The notes under the pieces were generated by a model. The model saw only the letters and a list, made by a program, of their open reading frames with translations, did no database searches and was not told the DNA's origin. A stretch of DNA of 64,000 bases from Patescibacteria group bacterium (GTDB lineage: Bacteria > Patescibacteriota > Patescibacteriia > 2-12-FULL-57-11). The stretch spans positions 77,156-141,155 of the forward strand of contig SCUL01000002.1 in the NCBI GenBank assembly GCA_004297205.1. Direction: 5' to 3'. Positions 7,029-16,434 of the stretch are shown here, one piece after another (within the stretch, counting starts at the first letter, position 1; the number at the start of each line of letters is the position of its first letter). The position numbers and the translations under genes were made by a program.

Positions 7029-8834
7029 TTAGGCCTTCGGACCGGTCACGGCGGCCTTGATGCGACGGATCCCCGCGGCCACGGCTTCTTCCTTTTGGAT
7101 CTTAAAGCCGCCCAAATCCCCGGTGTGGGTGACGTGCGGGCCCCCGCAGATTTCCACGGAGAAGTAGCCCTTGTCCGGCGAACCGGCCCGGTAGACTTTG
7201 ATCTTGCCGCCCAGCTGGGCGTACTTGTCGTCAAAGTAGCCGATGGCACCCGCGGCCTTGGCCTCCTCCGTGGTCATCTCGTCGTAGTTCATGGGCAGGT
7301 CGTCGGCGATGGCCTGGTTGACCTGGCGTTCGACCTCCGCGAGCTGCTCGGCCGTGACCTTCTCGGGGTTGGTGAAATCGAAGCGCAGCCGCTCGCGCGT
7401 GATGTTGCTCCCCTTCTGCATGACGTGGTCGCCGAGCACGTTCTTCAGGGCGCGGTGCAGCAGGTGCGTGGCGGTGTGCAAACGGACGACTTCTTCCGAG
7501 TGATCGGCCAAACCGCCGGCAAATTTCTGTTCGCTGCCGGCGCGCGACAAGTCCTGGTGCTTCTTGAACTCCGCCTGGAAGCTTTCGCGGTCGACGCCCT
7601 GGCCGCGCTCTCGGGCCAACTCTTCCGTCAACTCAAGAGGAAACCCGTAGGTCGTATATAGAACGAAGGCGTCCTCGCCGGTGATGGCGCCGTTCTTGGC
7701 AAAGAGCTTCTCAAACTCCTTGAGGCCGTGCTCCAGGGTGCGGCGGAACTTCTGCTCTTCCTTCAGCAGCTCCGTGGCCACGCGCTCCCGATTCCGGCCG
7801 ACGTCGGGGTAGGCGTCCTGATACATCCGTACGACCTCGTCGGCCAGCGGCACGCAGAATTCTCCCTGAATGCCGAGCTGGCGGCCGAAACGGACCGCCC
7901 GGCGGATCAGACGACGCAGCACATAGCCCTGGTCGACGTTGGACGGAGTGACGCCGCGGTCGTCGCCGAGGATCATGACCGCTGCTTTGACATGGTCAGC
8001 GACGATGCGCATGGCGCGGGTTGTAGCCTCATCAGCACCGTAGTTTTTTCCGGACAGCGTTTCGAGCACGGCGAACAACGGCAGGAACAGATCCGTCTCG
8101 AACACCGTCTTCTTGCCGCTCAAGACGGCCACGGTGCGCTCCAAGCCCAGCCCCGTGTCCACGTTCTTCTTGGCGAGCGGCACGAGCGTCCCTTCCGGCG
8201 TCTTGGCGAACTGCATGAAGACGTCGTTCCAGATTTCCACCCAGCGCTCGTCTTTGGGATCGAACGTTTCGGGCGCGGGCGCGTCGCCCGTCCAGTAGAA
8301 CATTTCCGTGTCCGGACCCTGCGGCCCCGGGTGCTTGCCGCCGGCCGGCCACCAGTTGTCGTCCTTGCCGAGGTAGGCGATGCGCGTCTCGGGCACGCCG
8401 AGCGATTTCCAGATGGCGGCGGACTCCTCGTCGCGCGGCGCGTCGGGATCACCCGCGAACACAGTCACGGCGAGCTTTGCCGGCTTGATATTCAGCCACT
8501 TTTTGCCGGTCAAAAATTCCCAGCTCCAGCGGATGGCGTCGTCCTTGAAGTAGTCGCCCAAGGACCAGTTGCCGAGCATTTCGAAGAACGTCAGGTGGCG
8601 GTTGTCCCCCACTTCCTCAATGTCGCCGGTGCGGATGCACTTCTGCACGTCGGCGAGACGGGTGCCGCCGGGGTGCGGTTCGCCCAACAGAAACGGGACG
8701 AGCGGGTGCATGCCCGCCGTCGTAAACAGCACCGAGGGGTCGTTCTCGGGGACGAGCGAGGCGCTCGGGATGATGGTGTGTCCGCGCTCCTGGTAGAAAC
8801 GCAGGAACAAGGCACGCAGTTCGGAACCGGTCAT
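7029..8834 (-). CDS. alaS: alanine--tRNA ligase, short form (601 aa; catalytic, tRNA-recognition and editing domains, no C-Ala/DHHA1 domain)
   Basis: Class II motifs are present (FTTAGM...; FEMLGNWSLGDYFK; ...GLGLERTVAVLSG), as is the editing HxxxH motif (HTATHLLHRAL). The protein ends about 270 aa short of E. coli-type AlaRS. Confidence 0.9.
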   Translation of the reverse strand: MTGSELRALFLRFYQERGHTIIPSASLVPENDPSVLFTTAGMHPLVPFLLGEPHPGGTRLADVQKCIRTGDIEEVGDNRHLTFFEMLGNWSLGDYFKDDAIRWSWEFLTGKKWLNIKPAKLAVTVFAGDPDAPRDEESAAIWKSLGVPETRIAYLGKDDNWWPAGGKHPGPQGPDTEMFYWTGDAPAPETFDPKDERWVEIWNDVFMQFAKTPEGTLVPLAKKNVDTGLGLERTVAVLSGKKTVFETDLFLPLFAVLETLSGKNYGADEATTRAMRIVADHVKAAVMILGDDRGVTPSNVDQGYVLRRLIRRAVRFGRQLGIQGEFCVPLADEVVRMYQDAYPDVGRNRERVATELLKEEQKFRRTLEHGLKEFEKLFAKNGAITGEDAFVLYTTYGFPLELTEELARERGQGVDRESFQAEFKKHQDLSRAGSEQKFAGGLADHSEEVVRLHTATHLLHRALKNVLGDHVMQKGSNITRERLRFDFTNPEKVTAEQLAEVERQVNQAIADDLPMNYDEMTTEEAKAAGAIGYFDDKYAQLGGKIKVYRAGSPDKGYFSVEICGGPHVTHTGDLGGFKIQKEEAVAAGIRRIKAAVTGPKA

Positions 8835-8860
8835 AGCCGCCGCATCCTAGCAACAGCGGC

Positions 8861-9433
8861 TTAGCGGCACAAACCGCTCATGTCGCCCATGCAGCGCCAG
8901 GTTTTCTCGGACCCTTCGACGCGGATCTGCACCTCGTCGGTGGTCGACAATGCAATCGTCTTCACGATCATTTCCTTGATGCGCGGATCGTCGCAGGTGC
9001 CGGCCGAAATCGGCTGCGGCGAGATGTCGACGACCGTTTTGCCGTCCTCCTCCGTCACCGTGGCGCGGACCTCCTGCGCGCCGAACGGCGTGTAGAGGCC
9101 GAGCCTTTCGGCGTCGGCGTGGCGCACGGCGAACATCGTGTTCAGGTTCGTCTCAAGTGCCGGACGGTCGGAACGCGACACGATGACGCGCTGCAACATG
9201 AGCCGGTCTTCGCAGCCGAAGGTCGTGGCCACGGGAGAACGGTCGTAGGCCGTGGTATCGCTCATGGCCGTCAGCACGTAAGCCGCTTCGGCCGTGGTGG
9301 ACGGCGTCGGCCTGGACGGCGCGGACGGACCGCAACCTGCACCGATCAGCGTGAGACCGACGACGAGTGCGAGAAGTTTATTGCCAGACATAGTTTTGGA
9401 AAGCCCAATGAGCAAGTGACTTCGTTTCATCAA
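8861..9433 (-). CDS. lipoprotein, hypothetical
   Basis: Signal peptide with lipobox LTLIGAGC. No recognisable catalytic motif. Start may be the internal MSGNK Met. Confidence 0.6.
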   Translation of the reverse strand: MMKRSHLLIGLSKTMSGNKLLALVVGLTLIGAGCGPSAPSRPTPSTTAEAAYVLTAMSDTTAYDRSPVATTFGCEDRLMLQRVIVSRSDRPALETNLNTMFAVRHADAERLGLYTPFGAQEVRATVTEEDGKTVVDISPQPISAGTCDDPRIKEMIVKTIALSTTDEVQIRVEGSEKTWRCMGDMSGLCR

Positions 9434-10244
9434 AAGATTTGGCGCGGCTGTCCGCGCCGAGCGTCACCACGATCACCTCGCGGCCGTTCAACCGCGCCCG
9501 GACGGCAAGATTATACATCGACTCCTCCAGATAACCGGTTTTTCCGCCGGTGATATAGATGTCCGGGTCCACCACGAGCAGGCGGTTGGTGTTCTTGACC
9601 TCTTTGGCGACCGACGTGGGCGCGTAGGCCGTGAAGGTGTATTTCCCCGTGGTGGTGTAGCGGCGGATGTTGGGGTTGGCGAAGGCGTAGCGCGCCAGCC
9701 GGGCCAGGTCTCGCGCCGAGGAAACATTGCGCGCGTCCATGCCGGACGGGTCGTGGAAGACGGTATCCTTCATGCCGAGCGTGGCGGCGCGGATGTTCAT
9801 CTCGCGCAGAAAGACCTGGGGCGTCAGCCCCGAGGTGCGCATCAGGAGCATCGCCGTGTTATTGGTCGAGGCGATCATGGTGCTGGCAAAGGCGTCGCGC
9901 CACGTGAAGCGTGCACCCGCGTTCAGGCGCAGCCGCCCCCCGCCCACTTCGTCGGCCGAGGCGAGCGTGACCGCCCGGCTCCAGACGGGCTTCTGTTCGA
10001 GCGCGATGACCGCGGTCATCAGCTTGGTCAGCGAGGCGATGACGCGCGGATCGTCGGCGCGATGCTCGAAGAGCGCCTCGCCCGTGGCAGCGTCGATGAC
10101 GATGGCCGATTTCACGGTCAGCGTCTCCCGCAGGTACTTGGCGTACCCCGTTTTGAGGGCCGGCGCCGCGGGCGCGGCGGCCGCGACCTGCGGGAGAAGC
10201 ACGGAGATCCCAGCCAAAATGACTGCAGCGGTGCGATACCTCAT
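9378..10244 (-). CDS. D-alanyl-D-alanine carboxypeptidase (serine-type, S11 / PBP5-like, low molecular weight PBP)
   Basis: Signal peptide. SxxK (ASLTK), SxN (STNN) and KTG (GGKTGY) active-site triad motifs are present. True start is ATG 10244 (MRYRTAAVILAG); the track ORF is 5' extended. Confidence 0.85.
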   Translation of the reverse strand: MRYRTAAVILAGISVLLPQVAAAAPAAPALKTGYAKYLRETLTVKSAIVIDAATGEALFEHRADDPRVIASLTKLMTAVIALEQKPVWSRAVTLASADEVGGGRLRLNAGARFTWRDAFASTMIASTNNTAMLLMRTSGLTPQVFLREMNIRAATLGMKDTVFHDPSGMDARNVSSARDLARLARYAFANPNIRRYTTTGKYTFTAYAPTSVAKEVKNTNRLLVVDPDIYITGGKTGYLEESMYNLAVRARLNGREVIVVTLGADSRAKSFDETKSLAHWAFQNYVWQ

Positions 10245-10307
10245 GGCAAAACAATAACAAATACCCCCGCCTGTGGAAAGATCCGGTTGACCGCACCGGG
10301 GGGCGGC

Positions 10308-10676
10308 ATGGTACGGAAAATAGGTATGAAGGTCGTGCAAGATATCGTGCGCGCCAACGGATATGGCCTGGCCATCGCGGAGGGCGCGGGTATTGCCTGG
10401 CCGCTGCCGGACGCGTTGCGGTTCTGGGTCATCAAAAAGCAGCGACGCACGCCCCTGTTCGGCATGATCCGCCGCCGCACGCTGCATTGGAAGGTCGCCC
10501 ACCTGACCGAAGACAAGGGGCGTTGGAAAATGACGGTTTACGGACGGATGTTCCTGCCGGAAATGAAGCAGCTGGCGGGCAGCATCCGCCGCGACTCCGA
10601 GATGCACTGCATCGTCTTCCTCGGTGCCGAGCTGCCGCACCCGGTGACGCTGCGTCCCGATTTTACGACCGGCTGA
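10308..10676 (+). CDS. hypothetical protein (122 aa), divergent from the carboxypeptidase gene
   Basis: Part of track ORF 9753..10676 downstream of the region antisense to dacA. High GC3. No homology recognised. It could instead be non-coding. Confidence 0.3.
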   Translation: MVRKIGMKVVQDIVRANGYGLAIAEGAGIAWPLPDALRFWVIKKQRRTPLFGMIRRRTLHWKVAHLTEDKGRWKMTVYGRMFLPEMKQLAGSIRRDSEMHCIVFLGAELPHPVTLRPDFTTG

Positions 10677-10690
10677 CGACCGGCTTCAGC

Positions 10691-11080
10691 TCAAAAAGAA
10701 GCCACGCGTTCCCAGGAAAGAATCGTGATCGGGTTGGTGCTGGAGAGCTCGACCCGCAGACGGTAGAGGCGGGCGTTCACTTCCACCTCGGTCGTAAAAA
10801 CGGTATTGGAACCGCTCAGTTCTTTGGGCCGGATCGTACACGACAGTCCGTCGATGATGATGGTCTCGTTGCCGGCGTACTGCGCATCCTCGCTCAACCG
10901 GAGCAACGCCTGCTCCGCGCAGCCCTCCGCCAGGTATTTTGCGGCGATGTGGTCGTCCAGCCCGACCGACGTGGAAAGCTGTTGGAGCAGCACGCGGGTC
11001 GCGGAAATCGCGACCAACATCAATACGGTGCCGATGATGGTGACGCTGATGATCAAGCTGAAACCGGGTCGGTTATTCAT
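10691..11080 (-). CDS. pilin-like / pseudopilin protein (non-canonical prepilin N-terminus GFSLIISV, no Glu at +5)
   Basis: MNNRPGFSLIISVTIIGTVLMLVAIS hydrophobic N-terminus resembling type IV pilin class III signals. Start ATG 11080 overlaps the upstream pseudopilin stop. Confidence 0.55.
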   Translation of the reverse strand: MNNRPGFSLIISVTIIGTVLMLVAISATRVLLQQLSTSVGLDDHIAAKYLAEGCAEQALLRLSEDAQYAGNETIIIDGLSCTIRPKELSGSNTVFTTEVEVNARLYRLRVELSSTNPITILSWERVASF

Positions 11081-11555
11081 GGCGAAGCGTATACGTGAAC
11101 GCCGAGTCGATGCGGGGCGTTGCGCCGGACGCCGTGTCCGTTTCATACGTGACGGCGATCCGCACCGACGGCGGCGTGGCCGTCAACCGCGTCACCGTGA
11201 AGGCGGAGACGCGGACGGCATCGCTGGTGAGCGCGACCGGCGCCTGCAGACCGAGCGTCATGGTCATGACGCCGTCGGTCACTTGGAACGTGACGGGGTC
11301 GTCCGATGGGGTCGGCGAGTTGATGACGAGCTGCGTCGAGGTGGCGGACGCAGGGGTGATCACCGCCCCCGCCTGCCCCAGCCGTTCCACGATGGTGAGT
11401 TCCGCAAGCTGCTGGTTCGACACCAACTGCTGCTCGCCGGTGATGAGCGAGCGGGTGTTGAGTCCGGACAGCAGAATCGTCGTCAGCACCGCCATGCCGG
11501 AAACCAGCAGGGCGGTGTAGATGACGGTTTCGATGAGCGTGAAGCCGTGTCGCAC
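11073..11555 (-). CDS. prepilin-type N-terminal cleavage/methylation domain protein (minor pilin/pseudopilin)
   Basis: MRHGFTLIETVIYTALLVSG matches the canonical G/FTLIE prepilin peptidase site. Confidence 0.75.
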   Translation of the reverse strand: MRHGFTLIETVIYTALLVSGMAVLTTILLSGLNTRSLITGEQQLVSNQQLAELTIVERLGQAGAVITPASATSTQLVINSPTPSDDPVTFQVTDGVMTMTLGLQAPVALTSDAVRVSAFTVTRLTATPPSVRIAVTYETDTASGATPRIDSAFTYTLRHE

Positions 11556-11565
11556 ACGACGGGGG

Positions 11566-13011
11566 TTACGGAGTCGAGGTGAGGATGCGCAAGGCGTCGT
11601 TGCTCCGGACGGACACGTAGATGTTGTTGTCCGCGAAGTCGACGCCCGTCGCCATCTGCGGGAAGTTCAGGGATGCGTACTCCGTGATGTTGAGCAGATC
11701 GGAAATGTTGAGGATCTGGAATTCCTTGTTGCTGTTGGTGGTACCGGCAAAGATCAGGTTGTTCACGACGCACAGGATGTCGTTTACGTTCCCCTGCGTG
11801 TTGTATTCGTCGACGATCGTCATGTCCGTCGGGTTCGTCGAGTCGAGGACGATGATTTTGCCGTCCACGTTTCCCGTGAAAATCGTATTCGGGTCCTGGA
11901 AGGCGATGCTGATGTCGGCAAGTCCGTCATGGAGGTCGAAACTCCCCACCAAGGAAGGATTCGCCGGGTCGGTCATGTCGATGGTGGTGATGTCCTGGGA
12001 AGCGGACTCGCTGACGGCGTAGAGGTTGGTGGCGCTGACGGCGAAGTCGTTGATGTCGCCGCTGATGCCGTAGCTGGCCTCCACCACGGGACTCGCGGGA
12101 TTCGACACAGAATAGATGACGATTTCGCTGGAGGATCCCTCGGCGCGGCCGACCGCGACCCACCCGTCCGACGCCAGCACCGACAGGGCGTTGGCGCTTC
12201 CCGACATGTTGACCGAACCGATGCTCGCCGTTGAGGTGGGCGTCGTCACGTCGAAGACGATCAGCTCCTTGCCGTCGTTGGGTGAAGCGGCGTACAGCGT
12301 GTTGCCGGACAACGACAGGGAGTTGATGCCGCCGGAGCCGATGTCGACGCTCGTGACCAATGTCGGTGCCGCGGGATTCGACACGTCGAAGACGAAGAGG
12401 TCGGGCTTGGACGCGCTGGCCGCGACGCCGCTCACGAAGGCGTACGGCAGCTTGACGGCGATGTCCGTTCCTTGGTTTCCGGAACCGATGTCCGCCGAAC
12501 CGAGTACGACCGGATTGGACCAATCTCCCGTGGCGGAAAACGTCGAGCGGCAGTTGCTGGCAAGCGGCAGGGGTAGGCCCTGCCAGTGGGTGAGGCGGGA
12601 GGTTGCGGAGGCGACCGCGTTGCCGCCCCCCGCCGACGTCCATTGCACCGTCACGACCACCTCCCGGGCGTCGTCGCCGACGGCAATCACGACCACGGAA
12701 CGATGGTAGATGCCGTCCTGGACGTCCTCCGATCCGCTGAACGACCAAACGTTCCCGTTCAGAACCAACCCATGGGTACCGACGGCAAGGGCGTCCCAGT
12801 CGGTATTGCGGATCTGCCGCGCCGCCTCCTGGCCCTCCTGCGCCAGGTTCTGAGCGGCCTGTCGCTGGCGGCTGAGCGCATCCTGGGACAGGGCCGTGCC
12901 GAACAACGTGAACGCCGCCATCGTCAGGAGGACGAACAGCGCGAGCGCGATCATGACTTCGACGCTACTCTGTCCCCTTCTCCCACTCGACCACGCCATA
13001 GGGTGAAACAT
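11566..13011 (-). CDS. prepilin-type N-terminal domain protein fused to a large LVIVD-repeat beta-propeller domain
   Basis: N-terminus ...RRGQSSVEVMIALALFVLLTMAAF has G at -1 and E at +5. The C-terminal 400 aa carry repeated ...YAVS/..DITTIDMTDPANPSLVGSFDL.. units typical of LVIVD (PF08309) propellers. Likely start is Met at about 12999. Confidence 0.7.
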   Translation of the reverse strand: MFHPMAWSSGRRGQSSVEVMIALALFVLLTMAAFTLFGTALSQDALSRQRQAAQNLAQEGQEAARQIRNTDWDALAVGTHGLVLNGNVWSFSGSEDVQDGIYHRSVVVIAVGDDAREVVVTVQWTSAGGGNAVASATSRLTHWQGLPLPLASNCRSTFSATGDWSNPVVLGSADIGSGNQGTDIAVKLPYAFVSGVAASASKPDLFVFDVSNPAAPTLVTSVDIGSGGINSLSLSGNTLYAASPNDGKELIVFDVTTPTSTASIGSVNMSGSANALSVLASDGWVAVGRAEGSSSEIVIYSVSNPASPVVEASYGISGDINDFAVSATNLYAVSESASQDITTIDMTDPANPSLVGSFDLHDGLADISIAFQDPNTIFTGNVDGKIIVLDSTNPTDMTIVDEYNTQGNVNDILCVVNNLIFAGTTNSNKEFQILNISDLLNITEYASLNFPQMATGVDFADNNIYVSVRSNDALRILTSTP

Positions 13012-13414
13012 GGATGAAGTACGATTGATCGCCGTCTTTAAGCGTGAACGTTCCGTCCATGACCGGCCGGAGCGATCCCGAAGGAAAGACGATTTCCGTG
13101 AGGCCGGAGAGGGTAACGGGGCCCGGCAGATCGGTGGTCACGTCCTTGCTCGGGACGCGCGTCGCGTAGGTCGTGCCCGCGAAACGCACGACGTGATCCG
13201 TGAACACCGCGACCCCGTGCGCCTGATCGTCGGTTTGCGTGAAGGCGTCCGATCGCGCTTGGGCGATCTCCGCCGCAACGGTCTCCGCGGCGGCGGCCAA
13301 CCGTTGCGTGCTCAGGAAGGCGAAGGACAACGTGGCGCCGAGTCCCGCGAGCATGAGCATGAGCGCGAGCACGACGGTCGTTTCGATGAGGGTGAAGCCG
13401 CGCATGCCCGTCAA
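12965..13414 (-). CDS. prepilin-type N-terminal cleavage/methylation domain protein (pseudopilin, GspH/FimT-like size)
   Basis: MTGMRGFTLIETTVVLALMLMLAGLG is the canonical class III signal. Confidence 0.75.
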   Translation of the reverse strand: MTGMRGFTLIETTVVLALMLMLAGLGATLSFAFLSTQRLAAAAETVAAEIAQARSDAFTQTDDQAHGVAVFTDHVVRFAGTTYATRVPSKDVTTDLPGPVTLSGLTEIVFPSGSLRPVMDGTFTLKDGDQSYFIHVSPYGVVEWEKGTE

Positions 13415-14517
13415 CGCACCGTGTTTATTCCCTGCGTCAGCTGGTAGATCGGCGTGATGATGGAGATGGCGATGAACCCGACCAAGACGCCGATCAGCAC
13501 CATGAGCAACGGTTCGAGGATCGTGGTGAGATTTTTGGTGGCGTCATCGACCTCCCGTTCCATGACGGTGGACAGGTACTGGAAACACTCGTCGAGCCGC
13601 CCGGTTTCCTCGCCCACGCTGATCATCTGGCTGACGAATGGCGGGAAGAGACGGGGATTTTTGAGCATCTGCTCCGAAACGTTCCTCCCCTCCTGCACCG
13701 TCTCCCCGATCATGCTGAGTTCGTGCTGGTAGACGCGGTTGTTGATGGCGACGCTGGCGATTGAAAACCCCTCGACGATCGGAATGCCGGATTTCAGCAG
13801 CGTCGAGATGACGGCGGAAAGCTGGGTGATCTCCGTCTTGATGATGACCTGTCCGAGAATCGGCGCGCGAAGGAGGATCGCGTCGATGACGTAATGGAAG
13901 CGCGGCAGCCGCAGCAACAGGACGAAGGCGATGACGAAGACGATGGAACCCGCCAGAACGTAGACGCCGTAGGAAATCAGGAACCGCGACAGGTCCAAAA
14001 CGAGCTGGGTCGTCCATGGCAACTTCACGTTCAGGGAAATGAAGAGCGGCTGCAGCTGCGGGAGCAGGACGAAGAGCATGTACACGGCGATCGCCACCGT
14101 TCCCGCGATGACGATCACCGGATACAGCATGGCGCTGCGAATCTTGGACTGCAGATCGTGCGACTTTTCCAAATAGGCGCTGATGTGAAGGAAACTTTCG
14201 GTCATCGTCCCGGATTCTTCGCCGACGGACACGAGTTGCGTCAAAAGGTTGTTGAACAGGCGGGGCATCTTCTTCATGCTCGAGGATAGGAACTGGCCGG
14301 AAGAAACGTCGCTGAGCATGATGTGCAGCACCTGGTGCATCGTCTTCGACCGCACTTGGTTGTGCATGGCCAGCAGGCTCCGTTCGAGGGGCACGCCGGA
14401 TTCCGTCATGATGCCGAGGTATTTGAAAAGCGTGATCCGCTCCTTCGAAGAAATCCAGGCGAACTTCGGGAGACGGGTCGACCATGGCTGCCGTTCCTCT
14501 TTTTTGTCGCGGGCCAT
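13411..14517 (-). CDS. pilC: type IV pilus assembly platform protein PilC / GspF family
   Basis: Two GspF-type repeats with 3 TM segments, ...PLERSLLAMH...GEESG... and ...GEETGRLDE... motifs. Overlaps the pilB stop region. Confidence 0.9.
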   Translation of the reverse strand: MARDKKEERQPWSTRLPKFAWISSKERITLFKYLGIMTESGVPLERSLLAMHNQVRSKTMHQVLHIMLSDVSSGQFLSSSMKKMPRLFNNLLTQLVSVGEESGTMTESFLHISAYLEKSHDLQSKIRSAMLYPVIVIAGTVAIAVYMLFVLLPQLQPLFISLNVKLPWTTQLVLDLSRFLISYGVYVLAGSIVFVIAFVLLLRLPRFHYVIDAILLRAPILGQVIIKTEITQLSAVISTLLKSGIPIVEGFSIASVAINNRVYQHELSMIGETVQEGRNVSEQMLKNPRLFPPFVSQMISVGEETGRLDECFQYLSTVMEREVDDATKNLTTILEPLLMVLIGVLVGFIAISIITPIYQLTQGINTVR

Positions 14518-14521
14518 ACGG

Positions 14522-15829
14522 CTACTCCTGGATGACGCGCAAGACCTCCGCGATGGACGTCATGCCGTCCGCGGCTTTCCTGACCCCGTCCATGACCATG
14601 GTCGTCATGCCGCCCAGAACGGCCGCCTTGCGGATGGCGTCGGCGTTCTCGCGCTGCATGATCATGTGCCGGATTTGCTCGGTGATCTCCATCACCTCAT
14701 AGATGCCTATGCGGCCGGAGTACCCCGTGTTGTTGCATTCCTTGCAGCCGACGGGTTCCGCAAACAGGGTGTTTTTCGTCAGCATGTCCGCGGGAAGGAC
14801 GTCCTTGAGGCTGTTGCGTTCCACGGCGGTCAGGACCCGTTTCGTGGCGCAGGCCGTGCACAGTTTCCGGACCAGACGCTGACCGATGGCCACGTTGACG
14901 GTGGAGGCGATCAGGAAGGGTTCGATGCCCATGTCCAGCAGGCGCGGCAGCGTGACGGCGGCGTCGTTGGTATGCAGGGTCGAGAGCAGCAAGTGTCCGG
15001 TCATGGCCGCGTTGACGGCGATGCCGGCGGTCTCCTGGTCGCGGATCTCCCCCACCATGATGATGTTCGGATCCTGACGGACGATAGAGCGCAGCCCCTG
15101 CGCGAACGTCAGGTTGGTGCGGACGTTCACGGGAATCTGCGTGACGCCGGCCATGGCGTACTCGATGGGGTCCTCGATGGTGATGATCGAGCGCTGCCGC
15201 GTGTTCAGCACCTGCAGGATGGAGTACAGGGTGGTTGTCTTTCCGGAACCCGTCGGTCCGGTGGCCAGGATCATCCCATAGGACTTGTGGAGGCTGCTTT
15301 CCACCGTCCGCAAATCCTTCTCCGACATCCCCAGTTCGTGCAACGCGAGGGACTTGGCCTGACCGACCAACAGACGCATGACGATGTTCTCCCCGTGGTA
15401 GGTCGGCGTAATGGAGACGCGGACGTCCACCGGCATGTCGTCGAACACCATGCGGAAGCGGCCGTCCTGGGCCTCAAGGTGCGCGTCCGTGCGCAGCTCC
15501 GAAAGGACCTTCACGCGCGTAATGAGCATGGCATGGACGGCCTTCGGCAGCATCAGGACGTCGTGCAGAATGCCGTCAATGCGGTAGCGGATGACGATGA
15601 ACGCTTCCTCCGGCTCCACGTGGACGTCCGAGGCCCGCGAGGAATACGCGTACCGGACGATGCCGTCCGCGAGATCCTTGATCGTCGTGTTTTCCAGTTT
15701 CTGGATGCCGCGGAGCGCTAAAATCTGCTGGGAGTCCTGAACGGATTTCCGCAATTGCACTTCGATGGTTCCCTTTTCTTTTGTCTCGGCCGCCCGGGGT
15801 TTCATTTGCGGCATGTGCATGACATTCAT
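14522..15829 (-). CDS. pilB: type IV pilus assembly ATPase PilB / GspE family (short, no N1 domain)
   Basis: Walker A GPTGSGKTTT, Asp box, Walker B IIMVGEIRD and His box, plus the tetracysteine CTAC...CKEC motif of GspE/PilB. Confidence 0.9.
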   Translation of the reverse strand: MNVMHMPQMKPRAAETKEKGTIEVQLRKSVQDSQQILALRGIQKLENTTIKDLADGIVRYAYSSRASDVHVEPEEAFIVIRYRIDGILHDVLMLPKAVHAMLITRVKVLSELRTDAHLEAQDGRFRMVFDDMPVDVRVSITPTYHGENIVMRLLVGQAKSLALHELGMSEKDLRTVESSLHKSYGMILATGPTGSGKTTTLYSILQVLNTRQRSIITIEDPIEYAMAGVTQIPVNVRTNLTFAQGLRSIVRQDPNIIMVGEIRDQETAGIAVNAAMTGHLLLSTLHTNDAAVTLPRLLDMGIEPFLIASTVNVAIGQRLVRKLCTACATKRVLTAVERNSLKDVLPADMLTKNTLFAEPVGCKECNNTGYSGRIGIYEVMEITEQIRHMIMQRENADAIRKAAVLGGMTTMVMDGVRKAADGMTSIAEVLRVIQE

Positions 15830-15844
15830 ACACAGTATACGCGA

Positions 15845-15895
15845 TTGACGGTGGAAAAAATAGTTGTGTCATGTGGAAAAACATGATAGGTTATC
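15845..15895 (+). promoter_or_regulatory. AT-rich divergent promoter region between pilB and pilA (TTGACG -35-like at 15845-15850; -10 uncertain)
   Basis: The only AT-rich stretch in 20 kb (ggaaaaaatagttgtgtcatgtggaaaaacatgataggttatctgttgataag). I cannot assign a clean -10. Confidence 0.3.
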
Positions 15896-15920
15896 TGTTG
15901 ATAAGTCTTTTTTCCCAGGT

Positions 15921-16376
15921 ATGAGCATTCTCAAACGCCGGCGAGGTTTCACGCTGCTCGAAATCCTCATCGTGATGGCGCTTATCGCCATTTTGATAGG
16001 TATCGTCGTCGTCGCACTCAATCCCGCCCGCCAATTCGCTTCCGCGCGCAATTCGACGCGGTACGCGCACCTCAACACCGTCATGAGCGCCATCAGCTCC
16101 AACATGGCGGAGAACCGCGGGACGTTCACCTGCGCCAGCGGCGCCATCCCGGCGACGTCGACCCTCATGGCCTCCACGGGCGGCTACAACATCGCCCCGT
16201 GCCTTGTGACGAACTTCATCTCGTCCATGCCGGTCGATCCGTCCGACCCGGCCGCGATTTGGACGTCGACCAGCACCTACGCCTCCGGCTACGCCATTTC
16301 ACGCGGAGCTGACGGCCGCATCACGCTCGACGCCCCTTCGGCCGAGCTCGGCTCCTCGATCAGCCTGACGCGCTAA
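15921..16376 (+). CDS. pilA: type IV major pilin (PilA-like, class III signal)
   Basis: MSILKRRRGFTLLEILIVMALIAILIGIVVVALNP matches the textbook G/FTLLE site. Cys pair in the C-terminal half. AGGT RBS. A strong terminator follows. Confidence 0.85.
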   Translation: MSILKRRRGFTLLEILIVMALIAILIGIVVVALNPARQFASARNSTRYAHLNTVMSAISSNMAENRGTFTCASGAIPATSTLMASTGGYNIAPCLVTNFISSMPVDPSDPAAIWTSTSTYASGYAISRGADGRITLDAPSAELGSSISLTR

Positions 16377-16388
16377 CGAGCGACGCAA

Positions 16389-16418
16389 AACACCCCCGGT
16401 CGGGGGTGTTTTGTTTTT
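16389..16418. terminator. rho-independent terminator after pilA (also positioned for convergent mnmA)
   Basis: ACACCCCCGgtcGGGGGTGT stem plus TTTTGTTTTT. An A-run lies on the other side. Confidence 0.8.
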
Positions 16419-16434
16419 ACGGAACCGATCGTCC

